DNA of 63,456 bases, the filler included, from Reticulomyxa filosa (Eukaryota > Protista > Foraminifera), in NCBI GenBank assembly GCA_000512085.1. It is 15 parts of 15 records of this genome, joined end to end, with 100 filler letters (N's around TTAATTAATTAA, not from the genome) between each part and the next. Parts side by side here need not be neighbours in the genome. Positions count along the whole stretch, not along the records: positions 40,800 to 49,411 come from ASPP01007530.1; positions 49,512 to 50,640 come from ASPP01014418.1; positions 50,741 to 53,643 come from ASPP01020749.1; positions 53,744 to 55,782 come from ASPP01005788.1; positions 55,883 to 57,661 come from ASPP01017007.1; 10 more parts are not named here. The stretch is one strand, 5' to 3'. This document shows, in pieces, positions 42,335 through 55,921 of this stretch. The first letter of the stretch is position 1, and each line of letters opens with the position of its first letter. The notes below the pieces were generated by a model. That model was not told the origin of the DNA. It ran no database searches and saw nothing but the letters and a program-made list of their open reading frames with translations. Position numbers and translations under genes: made by a program.

Positions 42335-45300
42335 ATGAAGCCTACCAATACATTGGGGATTTTGCGTGAAGTGAAAAGTAAATGGGAACGTCGTGTCGCA
42401 ATTACTCCGTCTCAAGTTCAACTGCTTGTAAGTAAAGGGATTCGAGTGTTGGTGCAACCCTGCGAGAGGAGGGTGTTTAAGGATGTGGAATTCAAAGAAG
42501 CAGGGGCAATTTTGACGGATGATTTATCGCCCGCAAATTGTATTGTTGGAGTCAAGGAATTCCCTGCACACAAGTTGATCGACGATCATTCATACATGAT
42601 GTTTTCCCACGTAATAAAGGCACAGCCTTATAACATGCCCTTTCTGGATACATGTCTGCAAAAGAACATTCGTTTGTTCGACTATGAGTGTATCCGAGAC
42701 CCTAGAAACAGCAAACGATTAGTGGCCTTTGGCAGATTTGCTGGTTTGGCCGGAATGATCACTGGTAATGTCCCTTTTTTAAGAATTGTATTGTTTTAGC
42801 AAGACAAGTAATGAACACACACAAAAAAAAAAGGATTTCGCGGTTTAGGAGAACATTTGTTGGCAATGGGGGCCACCACCCCTTTTTTATATTCTGCATC
42901 ATCATACATGTACCCTTCATTGAAAGAAGCGCAACAAGATTTGGAATACATTGCGGAAATGATTTCAAAGTTTGGGCTGCCACGCAAATTTGGCCCCTTT
43001 ACATTTGTATTTACAGGAGCAGGAAATGTGACACAAGGGGCGTTGGAAATTTTCAAGCTTTTGCCACATGAATTTGTGAAATGGGAAGATTTGCCGGCAT
43101 TGGAAAAGAATTTTGATAACCACAAAGTTTTTTTTTTTAAAGAATAAGTAAAAAAATAAAAGAATAAAAAATAAAAAATAAAACAAATAACAAACAACGA
43201 TGTAAAAGGTGTACGGATGTCTGCTCCCAACGAGTGCGTTAGTGGAACCATTGGTGAAAACAGGTGAGCCATTTTCATCGAAACATTATTATCAAAACCC
43301 CGAACAGTACAGACCAGTATTTCATGAACGTATTGCTCCATATACCCGCATCTTGGTGAACGGCATGTACTGGGATCACACTTTCCCTCGTTTGTTGACG
43401 TGTGAACAAACTGCTCAAGTCAAAGTGAAATATCCAAATTCCTTGCTGTCAGTGTTTGATATCACTTGTTACGTAACTGTCTCTTTTCTTTGTCTTCTTT
43501 TTGTAAACGCTCTCTCACACACGCGCACACATACAAACGTGTTACTTTTGAAGGCGATATCGACGGTTCTGTGGAATTTCTCAAGAAGACGACAACTACA
43601 GATGCACCTTTTTTTACGATGACCCACTGGTAAATGACATCAGTAGCAACATTGGTATGCTGGACAAAGAAAAGGAGGAAAGGGTTAAGAACTTGAGTCA
43701 TCTACTTAACAAACTTGTTTGTTGTGTTGTTGGTTGATTGATGATGATGAAATGGACCCCAGATGGAAATGGCATATTGGTGCTGGGAGTAGATGCCCTA
43801 CCTGCTGAATTGCCACGTGAGGTTAGAGCTTGTTTCTTTTTATTTTATTTTATTTTGAGTTTGGACTCGTTTCAGTTGTTAGAATAAACCGAATTTATAT
43901 ACATATATACATATATACATATATGCTCGAATAGGCAAGCGAACATTTCAGTCGAGTGTTGTATCCATTTTTGGAGTCATTGGCAAATTCGGATGGACGA
44001 CTCCCATTTGCAGAGCAAACGGATTTCCATTGGAAATTCAAAACGCGTGCATTACATGTCATAACCAACTTACAAAACCATTTCAATATATTCAAACCTT
44101 AAGACAGAAACGAAGTTCGGAAAAGTATGGAGTTGAGTTGGAAACCTGAGTCATTACATATACGTATATATGTGTATATGTATATATAATCATACCAATG
44201 TACACATATGAGATCTCCTTGAATGAACAATGCCTTAATTCACGTATGTGTGTATATTGTATGGGTAACAAAGACTCACAAAAATACGGCCGAAGAGGTA
44301 ATTCGAATCGAAGGACACTTGTTTGACAGCGGATTGATTAATCAGATATTCGATTTGATTGAACAACACGGAGGTGAGTATCGCATTATTACATTGCACT
44401 CTGGTGTCAACACGAATAACCTGAGACGTGCCTCTCGCTTGATATTGCAAATCAGCATTGAGGATAAGTTGTTGCCTCCATTGCTCGATCACATTGCGTC
44501 GTTAGTCAAACTATTGCCAAAGGCACAAGCCGTATTGAAACACTTGCCCTACGGCGCTGTTCACAGCATGGTCAATCAAAAGACGTCTGAAACTTCTCCT
44601 GATGCCGACTCCTCTGATATTTTGCCAGGAGCCCCATCGGCTCCCAAGTCGACCTTGCATAATATACTTCGTGTGGATAAAAGAGTGTAAGCTTTTTTTA
44701 GTACAAGTTTATTGGATCAATTCTATCAATTATGTTATGTGATATGCACATAGGGGTCCAAAAAAGAAAGTTTTATTATTAGGTTCCGGATATGTTGCCA
44801 AGCCGGTAGCCGACTATCTGTGTTACAGCGGGAACAACACTGTCGTTATTGCATCTAACGAAATCATGGCCGCAAAGAAGATTGCGCAACATCCATTTTC
44901 ACAGGCAGTGGAGTTGGACGTGACGAAAGAACAGGACGTATCGAAGCTGGTTCGTGATCACGATCTCGTCGTCAGCTTGCTTCCAGCGACGATGCACATG
45001 CCTATCGCAAAGTTATGTATCGAACACAAAAAAGATTTGGTCACCGCCAGTTACGTGTCCCCCGCCATGCGAGAATTGGAAAAGTCGATCAAGGAAGCCA
45101 ATCTCACCTTTGTCAATGAAGTTGGCTTGGACCCTGGATTAGATCATATGTCGGCATTGAAAATAATCCGAGAAGTTTTCATTTATTTATTTTTGTTTCA
45201 AATTTGTTTCTTATGTGTTGTCATGTTCCCCCAGAGATTGAAGAGCCGACCTTGTTGAAAACATGCACACCACAAAAAACAAAGGCACAAAAGCGAGGTG

Positions 45301-46598
45301 AAACAATTCGTTCATTTTCCTCTGTTTGTGGCGGTTTACCGGCACCAGAAGCAGAACCTAATCCTTTGGGATATAAGTTCTCTTGGAGTCCAATAGGCGT
45401 ATTAAGAGCCACTCAAAATACCGCACGTTATTTACAAAATTCGAAGGCATGGCCATTGCAAACAATGCATACATAATTTTGTTATGTGTTTCAAACTTGG
45501 ACAGAACAACAAACACAATCTTTTTGATTGATTGGAACGCATATATAGATTGTGGAAATTCCTGGTGACGAACTTCTCTTAAACGCACAGCCTTTACAAC
45601 CAAACCCATTCCCAGCGTTTGCATTGGAAGTATTGCCCAATCGCAATTCGTTGCAATACCTGGATGAATATGGCATTCCACATGTCCACTCCATGTTCCG
45701 AGGCACTTTGCGTTACAAAGGATTCAGTAAATGTATGGCCGGCTTCAGATGTCTTGGTTTATTGAGCGAAAGAGACTTCAAAAACGAACCCAAAGAATCC
45801 TGGGTATTACTTTTGTTGTTGTTTTCTTGTTTGTCCACTGACTCTGTTTTTCAGACTCTTTCAACGTTTTGCCAACATATTACAAATATACATGTATATA
45901 TGCATATATGCATACATTGCATTACGTAGGGACAATATCTTGGAAGGCTACTAAATGGAAAAACAAGTACCTCCAATGATACACTCGGCATCTATCGCCG
46001 TGTGGAAGATCATATAAAGCAACATGGAACAAAGATGCTGTGGGACAAGAAACAAGTCGTCGATTTCATTGAATCGGCACAATGGCTGGGATTATTCGGC
46101 AGTGAAGAATTGTCCAATGTGTATTCTACTCCATTGCAAGCTTTTTGTAGCCTGCTGCAAGAAAAATTGGCATTTGGACCTGATGAACGCGACATGGTGC
46201 TCATGTACCATCGTATCATCTCCGAAACTGCTGACAAGAAAACCAAGGCATATGAATCCAGTTTGGTTTGCTATGGTAATCACGAGTATTCGGCCATGGC
46301 AAGGACTGTTGGATTCCCGGTTGGCGTTGTCTCGCAAATGCTTTTGAACGGTATGTTCGAAGTTTGTTTTGTTTTAGTTGTTGTATTATCATCAACTGTT
46401 ACTCATATTAATCGTTTTTTTTTAATTGATGGGAAATTATCAGGAAAATTAAAGAATGCTGTTGGATTGGTCTCTGGACACCATCCCTTAATTGGTGAGC
46501 AGGTTCTTAATGAGGGTACAGAATTGGGCATCACTTTCAACGAAAAAGAGAACTTGGATGTGTTTGCTGAAACAAGAAAAGTATTAGAAGGCAAATGA
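42335..46598 (+). CDS. AASS: Bifunctional lysine-ketoglutarate reductase/saccharopine dehydrogenase; true start may lie upstream (~42160)
   Basis: WERRVAITP, FSHVIKAQPYNMP, RLVAFGRFAG, FTGAGNV, LGSGYVA, EVGLDPGLDHM, CGGLPAPE..NPLGYKFSWSP, RGTLRY, AMARTVG. Confidence 0.96.
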
Positions 46599-47034
46599 AC
46601 ATCTACTTTATTTTGCTTGATCTTGTTCAGGACGGTCAAAGTTCTTTTTTGTTTTAATCGATTATATGGTCATCATCCATTTGTTTAATTTGAATAAAAA
46701 ATACTTGAATCTTTAATGCAATGCTTTATTGCGAAAGATTACTCCCAACAACTTACGTGGCAGAAGATTCTCTTGACACCATATGTTTAGACCTTTTTAA
46801 AACTTTTTTTCCTCAAAGGATATGAAATAACTGAAGAGTGGAGTGCAGTTTGATTTCATTGTCTATCAACTTGTAACTTAAAATAGAAATAAAAAAAGTT
46901 TAAACACTATCATTCACAATCTTAAAAATATATTTTGATCTTTCCTAGAAACTCAAACAAGAAAAAAAGTTTCCAAGCACAGATTCAGAGTTCACGTGTT
47001 TGGGTTTCTTTCTCGGGCGTGTCCTAATAATAAA

Positions 47035-49411
47035 ATGGCGTCCAAATCCAACAAAGATGATGTTTTGGATGCTTTTGTTATCTTTGAGCATTTGAATACT
47101 GCCACGAATAAAGTGATATCTTTGAAGAGGAAAAAAACGAGAAGGAAAAAGAAAGTGTTTACACTCACAAGCACAAACACAATGAAACTATTTAAAAAAT
47201 AACAATATTACAACAGGATGTTCGAAAATACTTGGTGACGAATCTGTATCAAATTTCGGATGACGAAGTTGAATTTTTTTTACCGCAAATATGGTATGTC
47301 ATTTTTTTTTTTGCTGTTTCCCCTTTTTTTTTTTGCCAAAAAATAAAATGAACATATTGCAAATAATCGGTGATATTACAAAAATATATGAGAGGTACAC
47401 ATTTTTGTAGGACATATGCGTATGTATTCTTTTTTTTTAGGAGGAAAGAGGAACAAAACAAAAACAAAAAAACAGCACATTATTGATAAACGGAGATGCA
47501 GAATTGTCAGAGGATTTAAAAATATTTTTGTTGCACAAATGTGTGGAGAGTATTCATTTTGCAGTGAAATGTTTTTGGAATTTCCACGCAACTCAATACT
47601 ATGCAACGAAAGACTTACACAAAACAAGAGCAGAACAATTGCGTGCAAATTTAGAAGTTTCTGTTTTAATTTTAATCGTTTGTACAAAAAAGCAGCAGCA
47701 AAGATGATGTGTTGATTTTATTTTGCGTTATTTTATTTTTGTTTTATTTTGTATTGTCTCTAAAAACATTGACAAAAAAAAAAAAAAATAGACAGTAGTG
47801 GTGAATGGAAAGTTGCCTCGTCGAATGATGTTAGGGATATGTGAAGAGATAAGAGAAAAAATATTCGCTTTGACATCGAACGAAAATGAAGAGACAATGG
47901 CCGACGTTGGGAAGCTGACACACGGACATAAAAAGCTAAAAAAACCACGCAAAAAATACTCGAGGAGCAATAATGGAAACAGTGTAAAAGATAAACATAA
48001 CATGGACAAAGCGAGCTGCACGCCAAGCCAATCTCAACTCCAAAGTCAAGGCAATAAAAAAAAAAGTTCAAAATTGAAGGACATGGGCGTGAACAAGGGA
48101 GTACACCAAAGTGCACTTTCACCCAAAAGCTATACCCATTCACTGGCAATGAGTAATAGTGATCTTTGTATTCCCACCCCCAAATTCGTTGTGACAATGG
48201 AAGACCAGGAGGATGAAGATGAGAACAATGACAAGGGCCAAGATTGTTGTGGTGACGATGGTGATAACGACGACCAAGGAGGAGAGCAACGATCAAAGCT
48301 ATCTTCTGCTGCTGTTGTTGCAAAACAAAATCAAAGTCAAGTTGGTGCAAGGGAAAAAGGAAAAGAAAAAGAAAAGAGAAGCAGGAGAGCATGACGATGA
48401 TGGAGATGATGACAATGGCAATGAGAATGACAATGATAATGGTAATGACAATGATAATGACAATGATAATGACAATGATAATGGTGGTGATCACTCTATG
48501 ACACACTCAGCCCATAAAGATGGCAATGATCAACGTGAAAATAGTCGCAACTCACTTTCGTCCATTCAACACTCAACCAATACCAACTCCCATTTCAAAT
48601 TTGATAATGTTAGTCCCATTCAAAATCCCTCTTCCCCGCTCTCTTTGCATTACTTGAAAAAACAAAAGCGATGTTCTTATTTCAATGCGCTCATTGATTT
48701 CGCTCATTTCTTGGAAAGTGTATCTACCACTTTAGGTTTGAAAGGGACAAACAAAGGCCATATATCTTGTTTGTGATTTAAAAAAATACAATTACAATAG
48801 CTATGTACATACATACATATATGTGTATATGTGTATATATGTATAAAGAGTCAGCAAAACGATCGGAAAGACAAGCATTGCTTATTGATCAAATGGAGCG
48901 TGCAAATACTTGTCTTCCGCAAGGCCTGTACTTTCCAATTGCAGCGTCTGCCACGGATACACACAAATCGATCCAATACATTTGTCCAAGCGAGTCGAGA
49001 TGCTTGGATTCCGCAGAAAAAGTCCCTTTCATGTTGTTTTGTGAAGTCTTTCATCATAACTTTCCGACATCTTCTCAAGATATTGTCGAGGCGATGAAGG
49101 AGCTACCATCCACATCGCCCAAGCTTAACAGTTTTCTTTTTATTAAAAAAGGAAATATCCAATATGTGTTCACTCAAACAACACTTATAATAACATATGT
49201 GATGAACAGATCAGTTTCCATCGGATCACCAAGACACCATTAGCAGTGGTCATGACCACACGAAGAAAAACAGCAACGAACCACGAAAGGAAAGTCAGAT
49301 TATTCCCAGCAAATCTCAGAACGCAGATGTCGTCACCACTGTTCCCAGTTATAAGCCGACATCTCTTTGCAGTCTCGATAACACATATACATATATACAT
49401 ATATACATATA
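47035..49411 (+). CDS. PI4KB: Phosphatidylinositol 4-kinase III beta (Pik1-like), N-terminal part; 3' truncated
   Basis: VEFFLPQI, FLLHKCVESIHFAVKCFW (helical domain), LPQGLYFP...SESRCLDSAEKVPFMLFCEV; low-complexity D/N insert. Confidence 0.8.
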
Positions 49412-49528
49412 NNNNNNNNNNNNNNNNNNNNNNNNNNNNNNNNNNNNNNNNNNNNTTAATTAATTAANNNNNNNNNNNNNNNNNNNNNNNNNNNNNNNNN
49501 NNNNNNNNNNNAATAATAATAATAATAG

Positions 49529-50533
49529 ACGGCACGTTCAGCACACAAAAGCATTCAACACCAAACGAATCAAGAGATCAACGTACTGCGAACATTAAAA
49601 TCCTCAAGATATGTGATCGACATGATCGAGCACGGACAAGACCGGGAGAACAATACGATGAAGATCGCATTGGAGTACATGGACGGGGGATCGTTGAAAG
49701 ACTACATCCAGAACCACCCCCGCCGCCCATGTCCGGAAGGGGTTGTAAAGTACGCCAGTTATTGTGTGTTGCAAGCGCTAAAAGAGCTGCATCAACATTA
49801 CTACGTACATAACGACGTGAAGCCAGGGAACATATTGTACAGTTTGGGAGGAGATGTGAAGCTAAGTGATTTTGGAACGGTGATGAAATTGAATCCAAAG
49901 ACCCATGACATGCTCACGATCAATTGTGGATCGGCAAAGTATCTTGCACCAGAAAAAACGCATAACACCACTCGCGTATGCTATGACATGAAAGCCGATA
50001 TTTGGTCATTTGGTCTCACCATTTTCGAATTGTGCACTGGCGAACTGATCCATTCCGATACTACGCCTACGCAATTGTGCTCCAATCCTCCGCAATTGGA
50101 CCCTCATGTCTTTTCTGCCGATTGCTGCGATTTCATTCGATGCTGTCTCATCCAGGACCCGAAACAAAGACCCAGTGCGGAACAATTGCTGCAACACATC
50201 TTTTTGCGGAATACCAATGACAACTCCAAAGTTTCCATGGGTGTCATGTCGCCCAAAATGGCAGATTTGAAGTTTATGATTTATGCGCTGGTCGAATATT
50301 ATGCCAAACAAATCCCTGTTCCTATCAATGCTGATGTCAAAGACTCCATTGCTAAAAAGAGACAATCCAAGGAACTAGCTGCTTTCGGGCCTTTTTCGCC
50401 CAAAGACAAAGATGACGATATGCAAAAAATTTTAAATATGTCCGCCTATTGTTACTGCAGTTGGCAAGATGTACAAGATAGAATTGTTTATGTTGCGACT
50501 GTCATTTCAAATAAAATGAGTAAACATTATTAA
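49529..50533 (+). CDS. STE-group (MAP2K-like) protein kinase; 5' missing
   Basis: QEINVL, IALEYMDGGSL, HNDVKPGNIL, KLSDFG, YLAPE, KADIWSFG, RPSAEQLLQH. Confidence 0.9.
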   Translation, partial: TARSAHKSIQHQTNQEINVLRTLKSSRYVIDMIEHGQDRENNTMKIALEYMDGGSLKDYIQNHPRRPCPEGVVKYASYCVLQALKELHQHYYVHNDVKPGNILYSLGGDVKLSDFGTVMKLNPKTHDMLTINCGSAKYLAPEKTHNTTRVCYDMKADIWSFGLTIFELCTGELIHSDTTPTQLCSNPPQLDPHVFSADCCDFIRCCLIQDPKQRPSAEQLLQHIFLRNTNDNSKVSMGVMSPKMADLKFMIYALVEYYAKQIPVPINADVKDSIAKKRQSKELAAFGPFSPKDKDDDMQKILNMSAYCYCSWQDVQDRIVYVATVISNKMSKHY

Positions 50534-50815
50534 TTTTATTTTTCTTTTTTTTTTAATTTATTTTTTATTTTCAAATTTTTTTTTTTTTTTTGAGCTCTTC
50601 AGGAAGCGGAAGTTTGATTTTTATTTTATTTTATTTTATTNNNNNNNNNNNNNNNNNNNNNNNNNNNNNNNNNNNNNNNNNNNNTTAATTAATTAANNNN
50701 NNNNNNNNNNNNNNNNNNNNNNNNNNNNNNNNNNNNNNNNTTTTTTTTTTAAATTTTTTTTTTAAAAAAAAAAAGTACATACGTATACAAATAACAATAA
50801 ATTGAAAAACATTAG

Positions 50816-52371
50816 AATGGGATGCAACATCATATTGGATAGTAAATGGAATAGAAAATGTACAAGATTACAAATGTCCAAACGACACAGATTGTAATAT
50901 CCGTGTCGACATGGCAATAAATTCATCAGAATCACTAGTGGTTGTGTGTCCAAGCAAAGTGCACGTAAGTTCAACGTGCTTGTTTTATTGTGCTTCCGAT
51001 TATGGTTGTGGTAACGTTCATTTGATTGCAAGCAATACTCCAAATGTCACTCTATTTTTGACTTCTATTTATAGCTTTGATTTTTTCAGTTTTGTTTTTT
51101 TATTCCATTGTATGCCATATCTTTAAATTTTTTTTTTTTTTTTTTAAAAACATAGTGTCCGCAAATGCCTCTGGATTGACGGATGAAGAAACGACAGTAA
51201 ATGTAAATTGTAATGCTCTCCATGGCTGTACAGAAGGCAGGTTTTCAATCACTGGATATTCGAATGTGACAGTGTCATGTCTAGGGGAGTTCTCCTGTGA
51301 AATGAGCATGTTCGAAATTTCAAACTTTTCGCATACTGCTAAAGTCTTTTCGAACTCTCTCGGATTATTCGAAGCCTACTTTTCTTTCCATGACGGTCAC
51401 GCAGTATCCATTTCCAGTCAAAACACTATCACTAACGCTCCTTTTGACAATAGTACTCTTGGACAAGCATTTCAAGATAGTCATTGGGAATTTGCCAATA
51501 TTGATCTTATCAACGTCAAATGTTAGTCTTTACAAAATAATTTATACTCTTTTTTTTTTTCCCAAAAAAAAAAAAAAAAATGTACAAAAAAAAAAGGTTA
51601 TCATTCCAGAGATTGTGACCACATCGAGTTTGCCAGCACTCGTATTGGCCTATTGTCTGTAATGTGTGGAAGCAGTTCCTTTGAAAGCATGTATAGTTGC
51701 CGAGGTGCAAGATTCAACAACTATGATCAAGCCAGTTTTAATTTGGACTGTGACGGGGAGTACTCCTGTGCCAACGTTGACATCCAATATCACGCAAATG
51801 AAGAATTTGACACATCATGTGCGATCACGTGCAGATTAAATGAACACAACCTCTATAGTGCGAATTGTGAAAATATGACCATTCTTGTTGAGAACAGCCA
51901 ATTGGGATATGACGCTATTTCTTTGACATGTGAAACTGATGGACAATTTGAGGCTTGTGACGGTGTCACTGTCATTTGTGGAAACGACGATTTTATGTGT
52001 AGTTGTCCAGTGCTGTATGATTCGAACAATGGTATGACTTCTTTAAATATTTTATTATTATTATTATTTCTGTTTGCAATTTTCATTTCAGTTTTTATTC
52101 GTATCCTCACCAACATTTTTCATTTACACTCTCTTTGTTGTTATATTCCTGAAAAAAAGACAATTGGGGTTGTGAAGGAGAGTGTGGTACCTCCACCTGT
52201 GCAAGAAGCAGCAACTCCAGTGACTCGAAGCTCTCAATCAGGGCAATTGTTGGCATTATTTTTGTGGCTTTTCTCGTTGTCGGTGTGGTGGCCTACTTTA
52301 TTTACAAATATTACAAAAAGCGTCAGATCCAATATCAACTTTTATCTTTAGGCACTGGCGTCATGAGCTAG
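50816..52371 (+). CDS. Cys-rich repeat type I membrane protein; 5' missing
   Basis: Repeated C-x-G-x-[FY]-S-C units; the last exon (after intron 52032-52159) reads AIVGIIFVAFLVVGVVAYFIY-KYYKKRQIQYQLLSLGTGVMS*. Confidence 0.8.
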
Positions 52372-52815
52372 GGTGTTCTAGTTTTTGTACAAGTGCGTTT
52401 GAATCAAAACAAAAATGATTTGGAAAAAAGCAAACTTTTAATCTGTAGCAAGTTTTTTGTTACACGAACAACTTTGCAATACGTACATTAAGCCGGATAT
52501 ATTTGTTCAGGGTATCTTTGCAGAAATTTCAACAAAAAATTAATGGCTAATGCAAAATGGACATGAGAAAAAGAAAAGCAAATTTTTTAATGACAAATGC
52601 AAAATATCAGGCTTTACTTGTCCTCCCGTATGAACATCACAGACAACTTTGCTACAAAAAAAATGATTTTTTTAGATTTTTGAATTGCCCTTTATGCATG
52701 TCAACACAGAACAAACGACAAAGAAAACAAATGAAAAGGAAAAAAGTGAAAAAAATAACGGAATGAAAAGGGTTGAAGAAGATTTACAAAAGAAAAAAAC
52801 AAATTAATAAATACA

Positions 52816-53512
52816 TTAAACACTTTGCAGTTCTGCACAGTATTTCATACACTCAGGAGATTTTTGAAATCGAATGAACGAATCTCCATGAAGTAACCTT
52901 GTCACGTCTCTTGCAGCTGCATCAAAGGCTTTCAAGAGAATTTCTACCGTAGCAAGATCAAAGAGAGGATTCTGGTACAGATGCTTCATTGCGCCTTCAA
53001 TCAAGGACGCCGTTGTAAAAGGAAGATTCAGCATAGCAACGGAACCAGGACTGGTGTAGTGCCGGTTTAAGTATTTGAACATACCTACACAAATTTTCTG
53101 TGATAACTGTTTTGGTATTGATGTATCCAACAGATCTGAATTCCAATCTTTTTGAACTATGGCTTTGCAAATTGGGATTTCGAAACCCAAATTTCCATTG
53201 TAGAGTCTTGTACATGGACACATATACATATATTTTTTTTTTTGAGGATAAATTATAATTTGTCACAATACAAGCAAAATTTTCGTACATCACAAAACTC
53301 ATGAAGGGTAATAAAGTGCTTCAGTTGCATGTACTCAACCAAGAATAAAATATTTTCAAGCGACAACTCTTTGACTAAATGAGCAGCAAACAATTCAAAA
53401 CCGTTTTTGTCTGCGAGGACATTATCAAGGGAAAGCTGAGCATTTACTTCCACAGAGTGAATGCTATTGGCAGGTTCCAACGGAAAAGGGCTTAGATCTA
53501 TAACCTCGTTTC
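52816..53512 (-). CDS. RGS-domain protein, C-terminal fragment
   Basis: LDNVLADKNGFELFAAHLVKELSLENILFLVE ... AFDAAARDVTRLLHGDSFIRFQKS. Confidence 0.9.
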
Positions 53513-53806
53513 CTAGTGACGGGTGTTTTAAAAAGAATTTATACGTAGATACGTAATGACTACGTACACAAAGCCATCTGCAATTTTTGTAATTAATACG
53601 GTAAGTTGGAACCGAAAGGGTTTGAATTCCGGGTTTTTAAAAANNNNNNNNNNNNNNNNNNNNNNNNNNNNNNNNNNNNNNNNNNNNTTAATTAATTAAN
53701 NNNNNNNNNNNNNNNNNNNNNNNNNNNNNNNNNNNNNNNNNNNAAACTTGTAAAAAAAAAAAAAAAAGGGAACGTGTGTGTGTGTGATGCATTAATAAAT
53801 CAAAGT

Positions 53807-54084
53807 TCAGTCACGTTTGGGGACATAGAAATGAGCGATTCCGTGGACGTCAATGTGTATGACAGGTTTGGGATGTTGTGGGAGACAATGGACGCCCCAA
53901 ACGTCAAACTGTGTGGCCAGGTCGAGATACCACTGGGGTTCATTCATCAGAGTGTAGTCATCGGTGAGTTCCTCTCCGACCACCATTTCACGCTGCGATG
54001 CATAATAAAACTTGTCCATATTCGTTACCACTTCATCTGCAATCTCATAACATATCTGTCCATTTTCATTTACAATCGTATTAC

Positions 54085-54117
<33 letters not shown>

Positions 54118-54627
54118 CTTTTTGTTTGCTATCATTGTTATCATTATTATCATTGTCATCATTGTCACAATGATTTGTATACATACTATCTGTCGAATCA
54201 AAACACATAAGGCCTTCTCCTGGAAACGTTTTCCCGTACGAGTGCGTATACATCAGAAACGCTTTTTTCAATTCCATCGTCGGCAAACGGTTGATTATGT
54301 ACTTGTATTCCGCTTCAGTATACGTCAGGATATCACGATACAAATACATTATCGTGTTTTTTGCCACGTTTTTGCGCGCCACAAATAACCTTTCCCTTTC
54401 GATGGGTTGTCCACACACGTCTTAATTTCGTACGCAAATAGAAAACCGCGGCTTATTCGCTCGTTTGCCAATATCAAAGTCAGCTTCCTCTCCGTCGCCT
54501 CGTACTTGTCGTACAAATGTCCGTTGCTTGGATGACACAAATCATACTCGCGAATTGTAGCACCACTACATAAGGGCAACAGGATTTCATCCAACAGCGT
54601 TAGAGTATTTACACGGAAATCGGTCAT
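53807..54627 (-). CDS. Small SET-domain lysine methyltransferase; one frameshift
   Basis: KGKG/LFVARKNV, MYTNHC, YASQREMVVGEELTDDY; frame slip at AAAGGGAAAGG near 54395. Confidence 0.8.
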
Positions 54628-55882
54628 TTGATTGCTTTTTTTTTTTACCCCCCTCCTAACTTGACTATTATTGATTTTTTATCCGAAATTTCCTGCCCCT
54701 TTTTTTTTTTTTTTTTAAGTAACCTTGCAAAAAGTGTCTTCTTTGGCTTGTTAAAAGGAAGAGGGAAAAAAAAAAGCATAAGTTGTTTTAAGATATTGCA
54801 AAAAACATAAAATCAATGAAATGTGCAAAGTTTGTTCATTCTTAAAACGTGTATACGTTATTAATGTTCTATACAAACTTAAGACATATAATACCACATT
54901 ATATTAGTTTGGATCTCTATTTAGTTGGACATTCTTTCTCCTTTAAACAGGTTTAATCTTTTTTGTCAAAGACTAAAAATATAATTTGATGTTGTGGTGC
55001 ATCAAATAAAAAGTATGATCGAGTATATTTCCCATCAAATTTAGACAAGACAATTGAACACATCAAAAACTAGTAGAATAAATTGGAGGAAATATTTAAT
55101 TTCATCTTAATAGGTTACTTTTTTTAAATTAACAGTATTTCTTACCTCTTCTTTGAATCAATTGATTAAAATTACCCTCGACGTACACATTTTCTTTAAA
55201 TAAAGGACACAAGATATTTGAAAGTTAATCTTATGTTTTGCCCAATCAGACGTTGCTTATTTCATAGTTGTGGAATCCCAAAAAAAAAACAACTCTTTGT
55301 TCTGTCATTGGGATGTTTTCCAATATACTTGATGTGGATGAACACTTCTATTTTTTATTTGTCTTATTTGTGATGGTTTTCACAATAGTGTATCTATAAT
55401 GCTTTTCTTGATAGCCATAGTTGATCCACAATCACACATTCTTCTCTTTTTATGATGTGATTGATAAAAATTAACTAGCAAAACCTTTCTTATATCTATC
55501 GTTGTACTCTTTGAAAAGACTCAAAATTTTAAGTTTGTAATAATATTCTGTGTTCTTCGAAGAAAAAAAGATTTGTAACATCGTATGCGACGCTGTACAA
55601 AAATACAATACTTGAAATATCTTGCAATTTATTTTGATATTTGGATACCATTTTCATTAATCATGATTTTTAATTTTTTTCAAACAACAAAGTAAGATAA
55701 AACAAATGTTTCAATAAAATCAAATAAGTTTAATATCACATTACATTGCTTTTAATCAGACTTTTCAAAGAAAAAAAAAAAANNNNNNNNNNNNNNNNNN
55801 NNNNNNNNNNNNNNNNNNNNNNNNNNTTAATTAATTAANNNNNNNNNNNNNNNNNNNNNNNNNNNNNNNNNNNNNNNNNNNN

Positions 55883-55921
55883 CCCTAAGCCCTAAGCCCT
55901 AAGCCCTAAGCCCTAAGCCCT
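55883..55921. repeat. (CCCTAAG)5 tandem array at contig start; candidate telomere
   Basis: Five perfect heptamers plus CCCT starting at the first base of the contig, with the C-rich strand at the 5' end. Confidence 0.75.
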
